Below, one piece after another: positions 1 to 8,692 of a stretch of 20,239 nt of DNA. The DNA is taken from assembly GCA_016930515.1 (NCBI GenBank), contig JAFGGO010000069.1, forward strand, positions 1-20,239. The letters run 5' to 3'. The DNA comes from Promethearchaeota archaeon. Its GTDB lineage: Archaea > Asgardarchaeota > Lokiarchaeia > Sigyniarchaeales > SOKP01. Below the pieces are notes generated by a model. The model worked only from the letters and a program-made list of their open reading frames with translations, searched no databases and was not told the DNA's origin. Numbering within the stretch: the stretch's first letter is position 1; each line of letters starts with the position of its first letter. The position numbers were made by a program, and so were the translations under genes.

Positions 1-113
1 GGTATGACTACGATGAACACTCTGTTTATAATTTCATGAATAAGGACATTCCACGAAACCAAGTCATTTATGCACGAGTTTCCACGAAAAAACAGAAAAA
101 AGAGTATTTCTAA
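1..113 (+). pseudogene. tnpA: Truncated IS607-family transposase (TnpA, serine recombinase) remnant, 5' part outside the window
   Basis: Frame +3 (3..113) reads YDYDEHSVYNFMNKDIPRNQVIYARVSTKKQKKEYF*. It has the serine-recombinase YARVS(T) catalytic motif plus the IS607-type linker (YDY...VY.F.NKD). The TAA at 111-113 comes right after the motif, so most of the catalytic domain is missing. Not in the supplied ORF track. Confidence 0.8.
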
Positions 114-117
114 AGAT

Positions 118-693
118 TTAATAAATTTTAGTTGCCTTGCATTTCTTTTCCTTTATTGCTCGAACCATATCTGCCATTTTTTTTATCTTGATTGAAAACT
201 TGGTTCCCATTTTATTTAATTGGTCTTTTGAATGTGCATCACTCCCTCCAATCGTTGGTAAATCCAATATTTCTGCTATTTTTCTCGCTGGAACGTTATA
301 TTTATTAGCAAGAGAGCCATTAATCTCAATTGCATCAAAATTATAGTCTTGGACAGCATCCTGAAAACAAGAATGGTGTGGACTAAATGGATGGGCACAA
401 ACTGCCACTCCGCCATTCTTGTGTATGAAATTAATAACTTCCTCTGCCCTTCTCGTTACAGGAACACTTTCAATCCCATAGGCAAGAATATCTCCTAAAT
501 CGGTTGTTATTTCAACACCGAAAAATACTTTCACTCCTATATGAGAAACCGTTTTGGTTGCATTTACTATGTGGTGATCTGTAATGCAAATTCCATCGTA
601 TTTTTCAGATAATCCCTCTTTTAAATCCACGATCGATAAATGAGAACAAGGAGATCTATTTTTCAAGTGAATATGCATGTCAAAAATTGGCAT
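118..693 (-). CDS. PHP-domain metal-dependent phosphoesterase
   Basis: PHP motifs in the expected order: DMHIH, DGICITDHH, GVEITT, AHPF, GGSDAH. Confidence 0.9.
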   Translation of the reverse strand: MPIFDMHIHLKNRSPCSHLSIVDLKEGLSEKYDGICITDHHIVNATKTVSHIGVKVFFGVEITTDLGDILAYGIESVPVTRRAEEVINFIHKNGGVAVCAHPFSPHHSCFQDAVQDYNFDAIEINGSLANKYNVPARKIAEILDLPTIGGSDAHSKDQLNKMGTKFSIKIKKMADMVRAIKEKKCKATKIY

Positions 694-735
694 TTTAGTA
701 AGTATTGAAGTAATATTTATAATATAAAATTAAAA

Positions 736-1101
736 TCACTTCTTATAGTATTTACCATCATTAAACTCCAATATATCATATTTTTTTTTGTTTTTTTTCA
801 TTTTTTCAATAAAAGCGCTCGTTAAATCAAACCCAAGGGAATTTACTAAACTAATTAAGTATATTAATACATCTGCCGCCTCGTCTCGTATCTTAGAGAG
901 AAGATCCTCGTTGTCTAAAATGTTCTCCCTTGAATGATCCTTAAACAATAATAATTGCGAAAGTTCACCTGCTTCACAGTTTAATGCTTGAACTAAATTT
1001 TTTGGTGTGTGGTATTTGCACCAATCTCGTTCAATTACGAATTTATTTACTTCTTGTTTTAAAAAAGAGATGGTAGTGTAATCATCGTTGATTGTATTCA
1101 T
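736..1101 (-). CDS. MazG-like nucleotide pyrophosphohydrolase (dCTP pyrophosphatase / DCTPP1-like)
   Basis: FVIERDWCKYHTPKNLVQALNCEAGEL and DEAADVLIYL match the all-alpha NTP-PPase pattern (ERDW..FH.P.NL, ExxE, EExD). Confidence 0.88.
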   Translation of the reverse strand: MNTINDDYTTISFLKQEVNKFVIERDWCKYHTPKNLVQALNCEAGELSQLLLFKDHSRENILDNEDLLSKIRDEAADVLIYLISLVNSLGFDLTSAFIEKMKKNKKKYDILEFNDGKYYKK

Positions 1102-1143
1102 TGTAAAAACACGAGCATCAGTTAATGGTAAATGTTAATATAT

Positions 1144-1977
1144 TTAACTGATATTCTTAATAAAATTACATATTAACTCGTTAACTATTTCTTCTCGCTG
1201 GGCGGGCGCAAAATGTCCTGCCATGTCGATAATTTCTAATTCCGAGTTTTTTATTTTCTCGTGCAATTCTTCAGACATCACATATGGTGCGAAATTATCT
1301 AGTCTACCTCCAATAATCAATGTTTTACAAGATATTGAGGAGGGATCGTACTTGTTTATCTCGTTTATCATTCCAAAAATTTGAGTCTCTATATTGATTA
1401 GTAGCTCTTCTTCTGGCAAACTGTGCTTGTTTTTGTGGTTAGATAAAGCCGTCATTATATATGGAATGATTTTATCAAGAACATCCTCAAGCGAATTTTG
1501 GACAACTTCCAAGAAATTCATCCTGATGAAATAAGGTAAAAGGTTGTAAAAGATATTTCTGATGACATTATCGATCATGATATATCCAGAGTTCAATAAG
1601 ATGAGAAACTTCACCTCGTCTGAATGCTTCATGGTATATAATTGAGCAATCATGCCTCCGACGAGCGAATGGCCAATTATGCCGTATTGTTCAGTCACTC
1701 CTAAATAATTGAGCAAGTCTTCGAGGTCCCTTATTATTTCGTACCTGATATTTCCCGATAAGTTCACCTCCTTTGGATGATCGCTCTTGCCGTGTCCTAA
1801 AGCGTCAAAGGCTATAATCCGATATCTTTCCTTTAACACCTTAATTTGAGACTTGAAAAAAGAGACAGAAGATGCAAAACCGTGAAGTAAGATGATTGTA
1901 CCTTCCACATCGGTTCTATCCCCGTTGATATCTGAATAATAAAGATTATAACCGTCTTGATTATTAAAGTACGGCAT
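1144..1977 (-). CDS. Alpha/beta-fold hydrolase
   Basis: LLHGF oxyanion motif, DALGHGKS, nucleophile elbow GHSLVGG, acid in GRLD, His in AGHF. Confidence 0.9.
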   Translation of the reverse strand: MPYFNNQDGYNLYYSDINGDRTDVEGTIILLHGFASSVSFFKSQIKVLKERYRIIAFDALGHGKSDHPKEVNLSGNIRYEIIRDLEDLLNYLGVTEQYGIIGHSLVGGMIAQLYTMKHSDEVKFLILLNSGYIMIDNVIRNIFYNLLPYFIRMNFLEVVQNSLEDVLDKIIPYIMTALSNHKNKHSLPEEELLINIETQIFGMINEINKYDPSSISCKTLIIGGRLDNFAPYVMSEELHEKIKNSELEIIDMAGHFAPAQREEIVNELICNFIKNIS

Positions 1978-2113
1978 GAATTTCTAACATTTAAGTATTT
2001 TGTATATTTTTTGAAATATTTCATTCAAAAAATACTTTGTTGATTCGGTTTTAAAGGATTTAAATTGAAAAGAGAATGGAACTTTTATAAGAAATAGCTT
2101 ATTATAATATTAC

Positions 2114-3655
2114 TTAAAAATTCTCGTAATTTAAGGATCGCTTTATAATGTCTCTCCAACAGTTATATCTTTTCTGGCGATCCTTATCATCCATTGAGGG
2201 GTAAAATAATTTTTCCGTTGATATTAAATTTAATATTTCTTCTTTTGATTTCCAAAATCCCGTTGCTAAACCGGAGAAAAATGCCGCTCCCAGGGCCGTT
2301 GTTTCGAGATTTGATGGTCGCTGGATTTCAAGGTTTAGGATATCCGAAAGAAATTGAAGGAAGAACCCGTTTTGTGATACTCCGCCGTCTGTCTTGATGA
2401 TATTTACCTTAAATTTAGTATCTTTTAATATTCCGTCAACTAAATCCTTGATTCTAAAGCAAATACCCTCCAAGACCGCTCTAACGATATGGGCTTTTTT
2501 TGTAGTTAGGTTGATCCCAAATATGTTTCCCCGAGCTGTCGAATCCCAATACGGATAGGATAACCCTGTCGAAAGTGTAGGGAGGAAATACACGCCCTCT
2601 GTAGAATCTACGCTTAAAGCCATCTTTTCGGTTTGTTCGGGAGCATTATACAATCCTAATTCTTTCTGAATCCAATCAACAATGGTTCCAGTGTTATGTG
2701 AAAAGCCTTCTAACATGTAGGTAAGTTTACCGTTGATTTTCCACGCAAGTAAAGGATATAACCTCCTTTTCGAAGCAAATGGTTTTTCACCCGTGTTAAT
2801 GTCGACGAAACTTCCCGTTCCGTTCGTGACTTTCATGTCTCCCTCGTTGAAACAGCCAAGTCCAAATAACGATGCTTGTTGATCCGCAACCACGCACCTG
2901 ATCGGAATTTCACCACTACCAAAAAGTATAGTCGTTCCAAATTCGGCATTGGTTTCCATAATTTCAGGGAGAAAATAAGGATATAAGCCGAGTGGCTTCA
3001 TTATCATCGTGTTCCACTTCACGAGAAACGGATCGAGCATGGCAGACATCGAAGCGTTCGAAAAATCGGTTGCGTGAACTTTTCCCTCCGTTAAATTCCA
3101 AAGCAGCCACGAATCAATTTGCCCCCAAGCAATTGTCGTATTTGGATCTTTTGCCATTTTCTTGAGTTTAGGATGGTTCTCTAAGAAGAAAGCCGTTCTA
3201 ATCGAAGCGTAATCCGTTGGAAATCTTAACATGGACGCCACGAGCATTTTAGTGCTTCCAAAAAATCGCGTAATCTTTCCAATAGTTCTTACTACCCTAA
3301 AAAAGAATCTCTTTGTTGTTTTTTGTGCGAACTTCGCCGCGCGATTATCTTGCCAAGTTATGATATTTGAATAAAGTTCTCCAGTTTTTTTATCCCACAA
3401 AATGAACGATGCTCTTTGTGTTGAAATCGCTATCGAATCAATGTCTTTCGCTTGTAAGCGCTTGGAAGCAATAACCTCTTCCATGACTTCCTTACTATCA
3501 TACCACACTTCAAGCGGGTCTTGCTCCACTTGTCCAGGTTCGTCCATGATATAACGAGGTCGTCTTTTTGCCTGGGAAACGATATTAGCGTTTTTATCGA
3601 TTAAAAAAGCTTTAATATTGGTCGTTCCGATGTCAAGGGTTAAGATGTAGGACAT
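2114..3655 (-). CDS. glpK: FGGY-family glycerol kinase, GK5-like subgroup
   Basis: LDIGTT, VEQDP, ITWQD.R, HATDFSNAS, ADQQASLFG, GTGSFVDINTG, DGGVSQN, TTALGAA. It also carries an insert after WQD.R and a C-terminus (KRSLNY) that recall animal GK5. Substrate is not established. Confidence 0.85.
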   Translation of the reverse strand: MSYILTLDIGTTNIKAFLIDKNANIVSQAKRRPRYIMDEPGQVEQDPLEVWYDSKEVMEEVIASKRLQAKDIDSIAISTQRASFILWDKKTGELYSNIITWQDNRAAKFAQKTTKRFFFRVVRTIGKITRFFGSTKMLVASMLRFPTDYASIRTAFFLENHPKLKKMAKDPNTTIAWGQIDSWLLWNLTEGKVHATDFSNASMSAMLDPFLVKWNTMIMKPLGLYPYFLPEIMETNAEFGTTILFGSGEIPIRCVVADQQASLFGLGCFNEGDMKVTNGTGSFVDINTGEKPFASKRRLYPLLAWKINGKLTYMLEGFSHNTGTIVDWIQKELGLYNAPEQTEKMALSVDSTEGVYFLPTLSTGLSYPYWDSTARGNIFGINLTTKKAHIVRAVLEGICFRIKDLVDGILKDTKFKVNIIKTDGGVSQNGFFLQFLSDILNLEIQRPSNLETTALGAAFFSGLATGFWKSKEEILNLISTEKLFYPSMDDKDRQKRYNCWRDIIKRSLNYENF

Positions 3656-3683
3656 TTTAATGCATTTGATTGGTTTCTATTTA

Positions 3684-3697
3684 AGTGATTAGTCACT
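3684..3697. promoter_or_regulatory. Near-perfect palindrome AGTGATTAGTCACT, candidate operator upstream of the kinase
   Basis: AGTGA-N4-TCACT dyad, 29-42 nt upstream of the kinase start and about 17-30 nt downstream of the candidate TATA box, i.e. over the expected transcription start. Confidence 0.4.
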
Positions 3698-3713
3698 ATT
3701 AGAACGAACCCGC

Positions 3714-3729
3714 TTAAATAACTTTTTCA
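3714..3729 (-). promoter_or_regulatory. Candidate archaeal BRE/TATA promoter for the kinase gene
   Basis: Minus strand reads TGAAAAAG-TTATTTAA (purine-rich BRE followed by TATA-like box) about 60 nt upstream of the ATG at 3655. Confidence 0.45.
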
Positions 3730-3771
3730 TCTTTTCGATTGAAACTCGAAATTGATGTATAATTTTAAAAT

Positions 3772-6108
3772 TTACTTTTTGACAATATTTTTTGTTTCAA
3801 GACTCGTTTCCGGGATAAATATTCGCTTTTCTATGAGTTCGAATGTTGTCTTAAAAGTTATATAATTCAGTTTAATTTCGGAAAGAATTTGTGAAAGATA
3901 AAAGTATTTATTAAGCTCTAAAAGGTTCTGCGCTTGAAAAATTAACTTCTTCTCAATATTATTTAATGTTCTGTTTTTTAGTATAGAAATTCGGAAGGGA
4001 AGAGCTAAATAAATGGGTATGTGTTTTTCAATGAGAGTATCAAGTCCTTTAAAAGAATTCAAACTTCCTTTGAAATTATTAAACGCAATTCCATAATTTT
4101 GGGTAATATCAGAAGATAGTGAACTGATGGAATTTATCATGTCTTGAGAGGGATTTTCTTTTATGATAGCAGTAATTCTAAACTTTTCATAATCTGACAC
4201 CATAATCTTCGAATCTTTATACTCAAGCTTAAAAGATTTTGACAAATTATTTGAATCCGTGAACGCAATTTCGAACTTGCTTATGGCTTCTAAATAGCCG
4301 GAAATTATTAGAGCGTTCTGATTTCCCGGACCAATGTGTTTTTCGTATATATTTAAACCCGTGCTTTTTTCCGAAACAATTAGATACTTTGTATTTAAAA
4401 TGTCTTTAAACAAGTTCAGGGTGATATTGTTCTTCTCGTAAAATCTATTTTTAATTATTTTTGGTCCCTTATATCCAGTAACCCCGATAGATAATAAACC
4501 CGCTAGTACTACTACTATACCACCGATTATCAGTGGATCAAAAGGCGTTTCTCCCGTTATATTTTCTGATGGTTTAATTACTAATGGCGTGACAGTAAAC
4601 GCTTGAGAGAACGATGCTGCGTGGCTCGCGTTATTCCAGAATATCAATACTTCCCATAGTTCCTCTGGGGTATTTTGGGGTATCTGGAAGCTAAATTGAT
4701 AACTCTTTGATGGAATATGTCTAATCGTATTTCGATATTTCTCAATACCATTTGTGTTAAAAATCATGATCGTTATATTTCCCGCTTGAGCGCTTACGGA
4801 TAATTCTAAATTATTACCCGCTTCAATTTCTTTTAACGATTCTGGATAATTGACATTGAAACCACGATCTAATTGGGAAGAATGAGCAAGGAGTTCCCAC
4901 GTGGACAATTCCATATTTACACTTGCGTTTTTAATACTTAATGTTTGTTTAATTTCGTCTAAAGTAATATCTTGCGTTAAATTTAGTCCGTTTTTAAACA
5001 ATGAAATCTCGTGCCAGTCATAAGGAGAGAAATCAACGAAAATCTCAAAAAAATTAAAAATTGATCTATTAACAAGAAAACTTATTTCCCAATAAACATC
5101 TCTGCCTTCCATTATTATGAGTTCTGCATTAAGATTTTTGACTTGCATTAATGAAACTATATAATTTACTAAAAACTTAATGTGAATAGAATAATTATTT
5201 TGAATTTCTACTGCAATTTGCTTTTCTGTGACGAAAAAATTAATCTGAACTGAAGCATTTCCCGTCCCATGAGCAAAATTATTCCGTATTTGGTAGTTAT
5301 TACCATTTATTTTTGCCGTTAGATTAATTTCTTCTGGATTTAAAGTCTTGTTAACCTTTTGTATTACCTTGTACAAGAGAGTTTTATTGCTTTCAACCGT
5401 CCAGTCTTGTTCGTTTTCGAAAGTTCCATGATGCAAACCTGGTGTTCTGGGGATAAGCTCTCCATTGTGAGACCAAAAGAGGATATTTGTCTTATCTGAC
5501 GATATTCTTTGCGTGCCATTAATTACGAGCGAGTAATTACCTTTATTTAAGGAAAGAGGTGCCGAAGAAAAATCTTGTAAATGCCATCTTTCTTCTGTCG
5601 ACATGTTTAATTGTTGCGAGTAAAAAATGATTCCGTTTGGTTTAAAAGTGCTAGAATTGTACGCTTGTACTTGAAATGTAATTCCTTCTATCGAAAGCTC
5701 TGACCTTCCATGTATGTATATGCCAAGTATGTTAGTCTTCTTGAAAATCCTTAATTGAACATTTAACGCTAAACAATTGAAGTTTTTATTCTGATACGAC
5801 AAAATTACCTCATCTTCTGGTTGGTCCTCAACACATCGTACCTCCTGATTTATATGAATGTTGGAAAAATTTAGGTCAATTTTCGAAGCACGCCATCCAT
5901 TCTGAGGAATGAATATATCAAATAAAGATTGGTTCTCAAATGCTCCTCTTACAGTTGATCTTTGTTCGTACTCAATATTATTTAAATGGACGCTTAAAGA
6001 TGTGTTATTTAGAGTACATTGAGAGATATTTATAAAATAGGTAAATATAAAGCTAGAAAGAGAAAATGATAATAGCAAAAATGCTAATAAATGTCCCCTT
6101 TTCATCAT
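3772..6108 (-). CDS. Receptor-like membrane glycoprotein, paralog A: signal/anchor, beta-rich ectodomain, TM helix, longin-like cytoplasmic domain and possible winged helix
   Basis: N-terminal hydrophobic stretch; about 20 NxS/T sequons before the TM helix PLIIGGIVVVLAGLLSIGVTGY; tail YLIVSEKSTGLNIYEK...LISGYLEAISKF...KLEYKDSKIM has a longin/roadblock-like pattern. Collinear with the neighbouring gene. Confidence 0.75.
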   Translation of the reverse strand: MMKRGHLLAFLLLSFSLSSFIFTYFINISQCTLNNTSLSVHLNNIEYEQRSTVRGAFENQSLFDIFIPQNGWRASKIDLNFSNIHINQEVRCVEDQPEDEVILSYQNKNFNCLALNVQLRIFKKTNILGIYIHGRSELSIEGITFQVQAYNSSTFKPNGIIFYSQQLNMSTEERWHLQDFSSAPLSLNKGNYSLVINGTQRISSDKTNILFWSHNGELIPRTPGLHHGTFENEQDWTVESNKTLLYKVIQKVNKTLNPEEINLTAKINGNNYQIRNNFAHGTGNASVQINFFVTEKQIAVEIQNNYSIHIKFLVNYIVSLMQVKNLNAELIIMEGRDVYWEISFLVNRSIFNFFEIFVDFSPYDWHEISLFKNGLNLTQDITLDEIKQTLSIKNASVNMELSTWELLAHSSQLDRGFNVNYPESLKEIEAGNNLELSVSAQAGNITIMIFNTNGIEKYRNTIRHIPSKSYQFSFQIPQNTPEELWEVLIFWNNASHAASFSQAFTVTPLVIKPSENITGETPFDPLIIGGIVVVLAGLLSIGVTGYKGPKIIKNRFYEKNNITLNLFKDILNTKYLIVSEKSTGLNIYEKHIGPGNQNALIISGYLEAISKFEIAFTDSNNLSKSFKLEYKDSKIMVSDYEKFRITAIIKENPSQDMINSISSLSSDITQNYGIAFNNFKGSLNSFKGLDTLIEKHIPIYLALPFRISILKNRTLNNIEKKLIFQAQNLLELNKYFYLSQILSEIKLNYITFKTTFELIEKRIFIPETSLETKNIVKK

Positions 6109-6214
6109 TTTTCTTTCTTAATATCGTTAATTTAATTTAGTGATTAGATTGGAAAATAAATAAAGGTGATCTTTTACTCAAGAGTCCCTTTGAAAAAAAT
6201 AGTACAAAGAATTA

Positions 6215-8566
6215 TTACTTTACGATCTCACCCTTACTACTACTATCTGGGACGAAGATTCCCTTATCGATGAGTTTCAAGACGATTTTGAGATTTCTAT
6301 AGTTCCACATGTTTTCTGGGATGAGGTGCACGATGTAAAAATGTTTCATGGTCTGCAACAGCTCTCGAGCCCTGTTTAAAATGGGTTTTTCGAATATGGT
6401 TATATCCTCCAACTTTAATTCTGAGATTTGGAACGGGTGAATTAAATAGAGGCGAAGATTTTTTTCAATGAGCGGTCCTAAACCCTTAAATGGAGACGTG
6501 GTTCCGTCAAAATTCTTGAAGGCTTTGCCGTAATCTCTATCGATCTCGTACGAAAGAGACTTTATCGAATCTATGATGTATTTGGATGGATTTTTCTTCA
6601 TGATGAGGGTGATCCTGAATCCTTTAAAGTCAGATATGAGAATTTTAGAGTCCTGATATTCGAGCTTGATGGATTGGGATAACGAGTCCGATTCGGTGAA
6701 TGCGATTTCAAACTTGCTGATGGCGTTTAAATATCCCGAGATCAATAGGGCGTCCTGCTTTCCTGTGCCGATCTTCTTTTCGTAAAGGTTTAATCCCGAT
6801 GTTTTTTCCGATACGATTAGATATTTTATGTTCATAATGTCGCCAAACACATTCAGAAGTTTCTTTTTCTTCTCGTCGAAGCGCCTTTTCATTATTCTAT
6901 ATCCTTGATATCCTGATGCTCCTAGTATAATCGAACCAAATATGGCAACCACGGTTCCTATGAGCACAGCAGGATCGATTCCTGAAGTGCCATTTGGCGT
7001 TTCTGGCACTTCTGGTGTTATTGGTAGAGTAACATTAAATGTCTGAGACCTTGATGCGGCGTGTGTTAGATTATTCCAAAATATCAAGACTTCCCATAAT
7101 CCCGTGTAGGCATTAGAAGGAATTTGGTAGTCATATTCATAGGTTCCCGAAGTATGCTCAAAAACACTTCGATTTTTTTCAAGTCCATTCGAGTTTATAA
7201 CTATAACAGTTATATTACCCTGAGGAGCGCTTACGGAGAATTCCAAATCCATGCCAATTTCTATTGTCTCTAGAGTTATTGGAAAAGATAATCCTAATAA
7301 CTCATTGACTTGGTGAGAACTTGCTTCAAACCTCCAATTCAGTGAATCCTCAATAAAAGAATCGTTATAGAAAAATATTACATTATTTGTAATATTAATT
7401 GATGGATCAATGTTAATTTTTATACCATTCCTGAATAACGAAAAATTGTACCAATAAAATTGGGAATAATCAAAATTTACTTCAAATAAAGAATATCCCG
7501 CTCTATTCGTTGAAAAAGTCAAATCCCATGTAATATCCGAATTTTCTCTAATTGTTAGAGTACTTGTTGAATTTCTTGTTCTATGTAAGGAAACACTATA
7601 GTGAACGGAAAATTTGATAAGTAAGAATTCCACATTACTTATTTCAATATTAATTTTATCATTTAGTAAAAAGAAATCGCAAGATATTGATAAATCACCT
7701 AATCCCACAATTGAATTATTACTTATCGAGTAAGTGTTTCCGTTTATCGTTGCATTCATGGAAATTTCTTCAGGAAAGAATGTCTTGTCATACTTTTGGA
7801 TTGTTCTATACAAAAATGTATTATTTAATTTATCCCAGGTAAAGCTTGATGGTCCTATTTTTTTGTACATTCCAGAGTGTAACCCAGATGTAAGCGGAGC
7901 AACAGCTCCATTGTGATACCATCTAAGTATGTAAATGTTATTTATTGATGTAATCCTCTCTGTAGCGTTAATAACAAGCGAATAATTTCCTCTCTCGAGC
8001 ACGACAGAATCCGATGAGAAATCTTGAAGAAACCATCCTTCAGTTGTATTCATGTTCAAGTTTATTGATTTGTAAAGAGTTCCATTAGGAATTAAATTAG
8101 TAGAATCAAACCCTTGAATTTGAAATGTAATGTTTTCAGGTGAAATAAAGGTTTTTCCATATATGTAAATTCCAAATAATTCAGTTCTCACTTCTAAGTT
8201 TAATTGGACATAAAGCAGGAGATCCTTAATTTGAGTATTAGTGTAATATAGAGATATAGATTCATATGCTTGATCTTCAACGGTTAATTCCTCTCTTTCA
8301 AGCTTAATATTTGAAAAATTGAAATCTAAATGTTCGGCAGTCCATCCAGATTGAGGTAAATCAATTTCAAAGGATGTTGCATTATCAAATGTTCCATCAA
8401 CTGTAGCATATTCATCATAAGATATATTATTTAATTCTAGATTTAACGATATATTGTTTATCGCACCAAATGTAAACCTTGATAGGTTTGTAAACAATAT
8501 TGAAAATATTGTTAAAGACACAAATATAAACATTAACTTGGATTTTTTAACCATTGTCAAATTCAT
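6215..8566 (-). CDS. Receptor-like membrane glycoprotein, paralog B, same architecture
   Basis: Shares motifs with paralog A along its length (PQ.GW.A, NFSNI, VEDQ, GIYI.G, ITFQ.Q, W.LQDFSS, GNYSLVIN, WEVLIFWNN..HAAS.SQ.F.VT, KYLIVSEK..GLN.YEK, LISGYL.AISKFEIAFT). 22 sequons counted in the ectodomain and none in the tail. TM helix AVLIGTVVAIFGSIILGASGY. Confidence 0.75.
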   Translation of the reverse strand: MNLTMVKKSKLMFIFVSLTIFSILFTNLSRFTFGAINNISLNLELNNISYDEYATVDGTFDNATSFEIDLPQSGWTAEHLDFNFSNIKLEREELTVEDQAYESISLYYTNTQIKDLLLYVQLNLEVRTELFGIYIYGKTFISPENITFQIQGFDSTNLIPNGTLYKSINLNMNTTEGWFLQDFSSDSVVLERGNYSLVINATERITSINNIYILRWYHNGAVAPLTSGLHSGMYKKIGPSSFTWDKLNNTFLYRTIQKYDKTFFPEEISMNATINGNTYSISNNSIVGLGDLSISCDFFLLNDKINIEISNVEFLLIKFSVHYSVSLHRTRNSTSTLTIRENSDITWDLTFSTNRAGYSLFEVNFDYSQFYWYNFSLFRNGIKINIDPSINITNNVIFFYNDSFIEDSLNWRFEASSHQVNELLGLSFPITLETIEIGMDLEFSVSAPQGNITVIVINSNGLEKNRSVFEHTSGTYEYDYQIPSNAYTGLWEVLIFWNNLTHAASRSQTFNVTLPITPEVPETPNGTSGIDPAVLIGTVVAIFGSIILGASGYQGYRIMKRRFDEKKKKLLNVFGDIMNIKYLIVSEKTSGLNLYEKKIGTGKQDALLISGYLNAISKFEIAFTESDSLSQSIKLEYQDSKILISDFKGFRITLIMKKNPSKYIIDSIKSLSYEIDRDYGKAFKNFDGTTSPFKGLGPLIEKNLRLYLIHPFQISELKLEDITIFEKPILNRARELLQTMKHFYIVHLIPENMWNYRNLKIVLKLIDKGIFVPDSSSKGEIVK

Positions 8567-8692
8567 CCCACATTTAGGTAATTATGAATACGAATATCCA
8601 AGGAACTTTAATAAAATGATCCTTATTCCTTATAAATTCCCCGTATTAGACAAGAAAATGAGTCATTAATCACATTTATTTTTTTCTACATT

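Noticed and set aside
736-738. TGA stop of the MazG-like gene as selenocysteine
   Set aside because: The domain is already complete at this point and no SECIS-like hairpin is visible downstream.
781-807. T9/T8/T6 homopolymer runs as a phase-variation site
   Set aside because: They encode EKMKKNKKK in an intact frame; A-runs are common in Lys-rich genes here.
118-1101. PHP plus MazG-like pair as an anti-phage nucleotide-depletion system
   Set aside because: No sensor, ATPase or other defence gene is adjacent; both families are common housekeeping enzymes.
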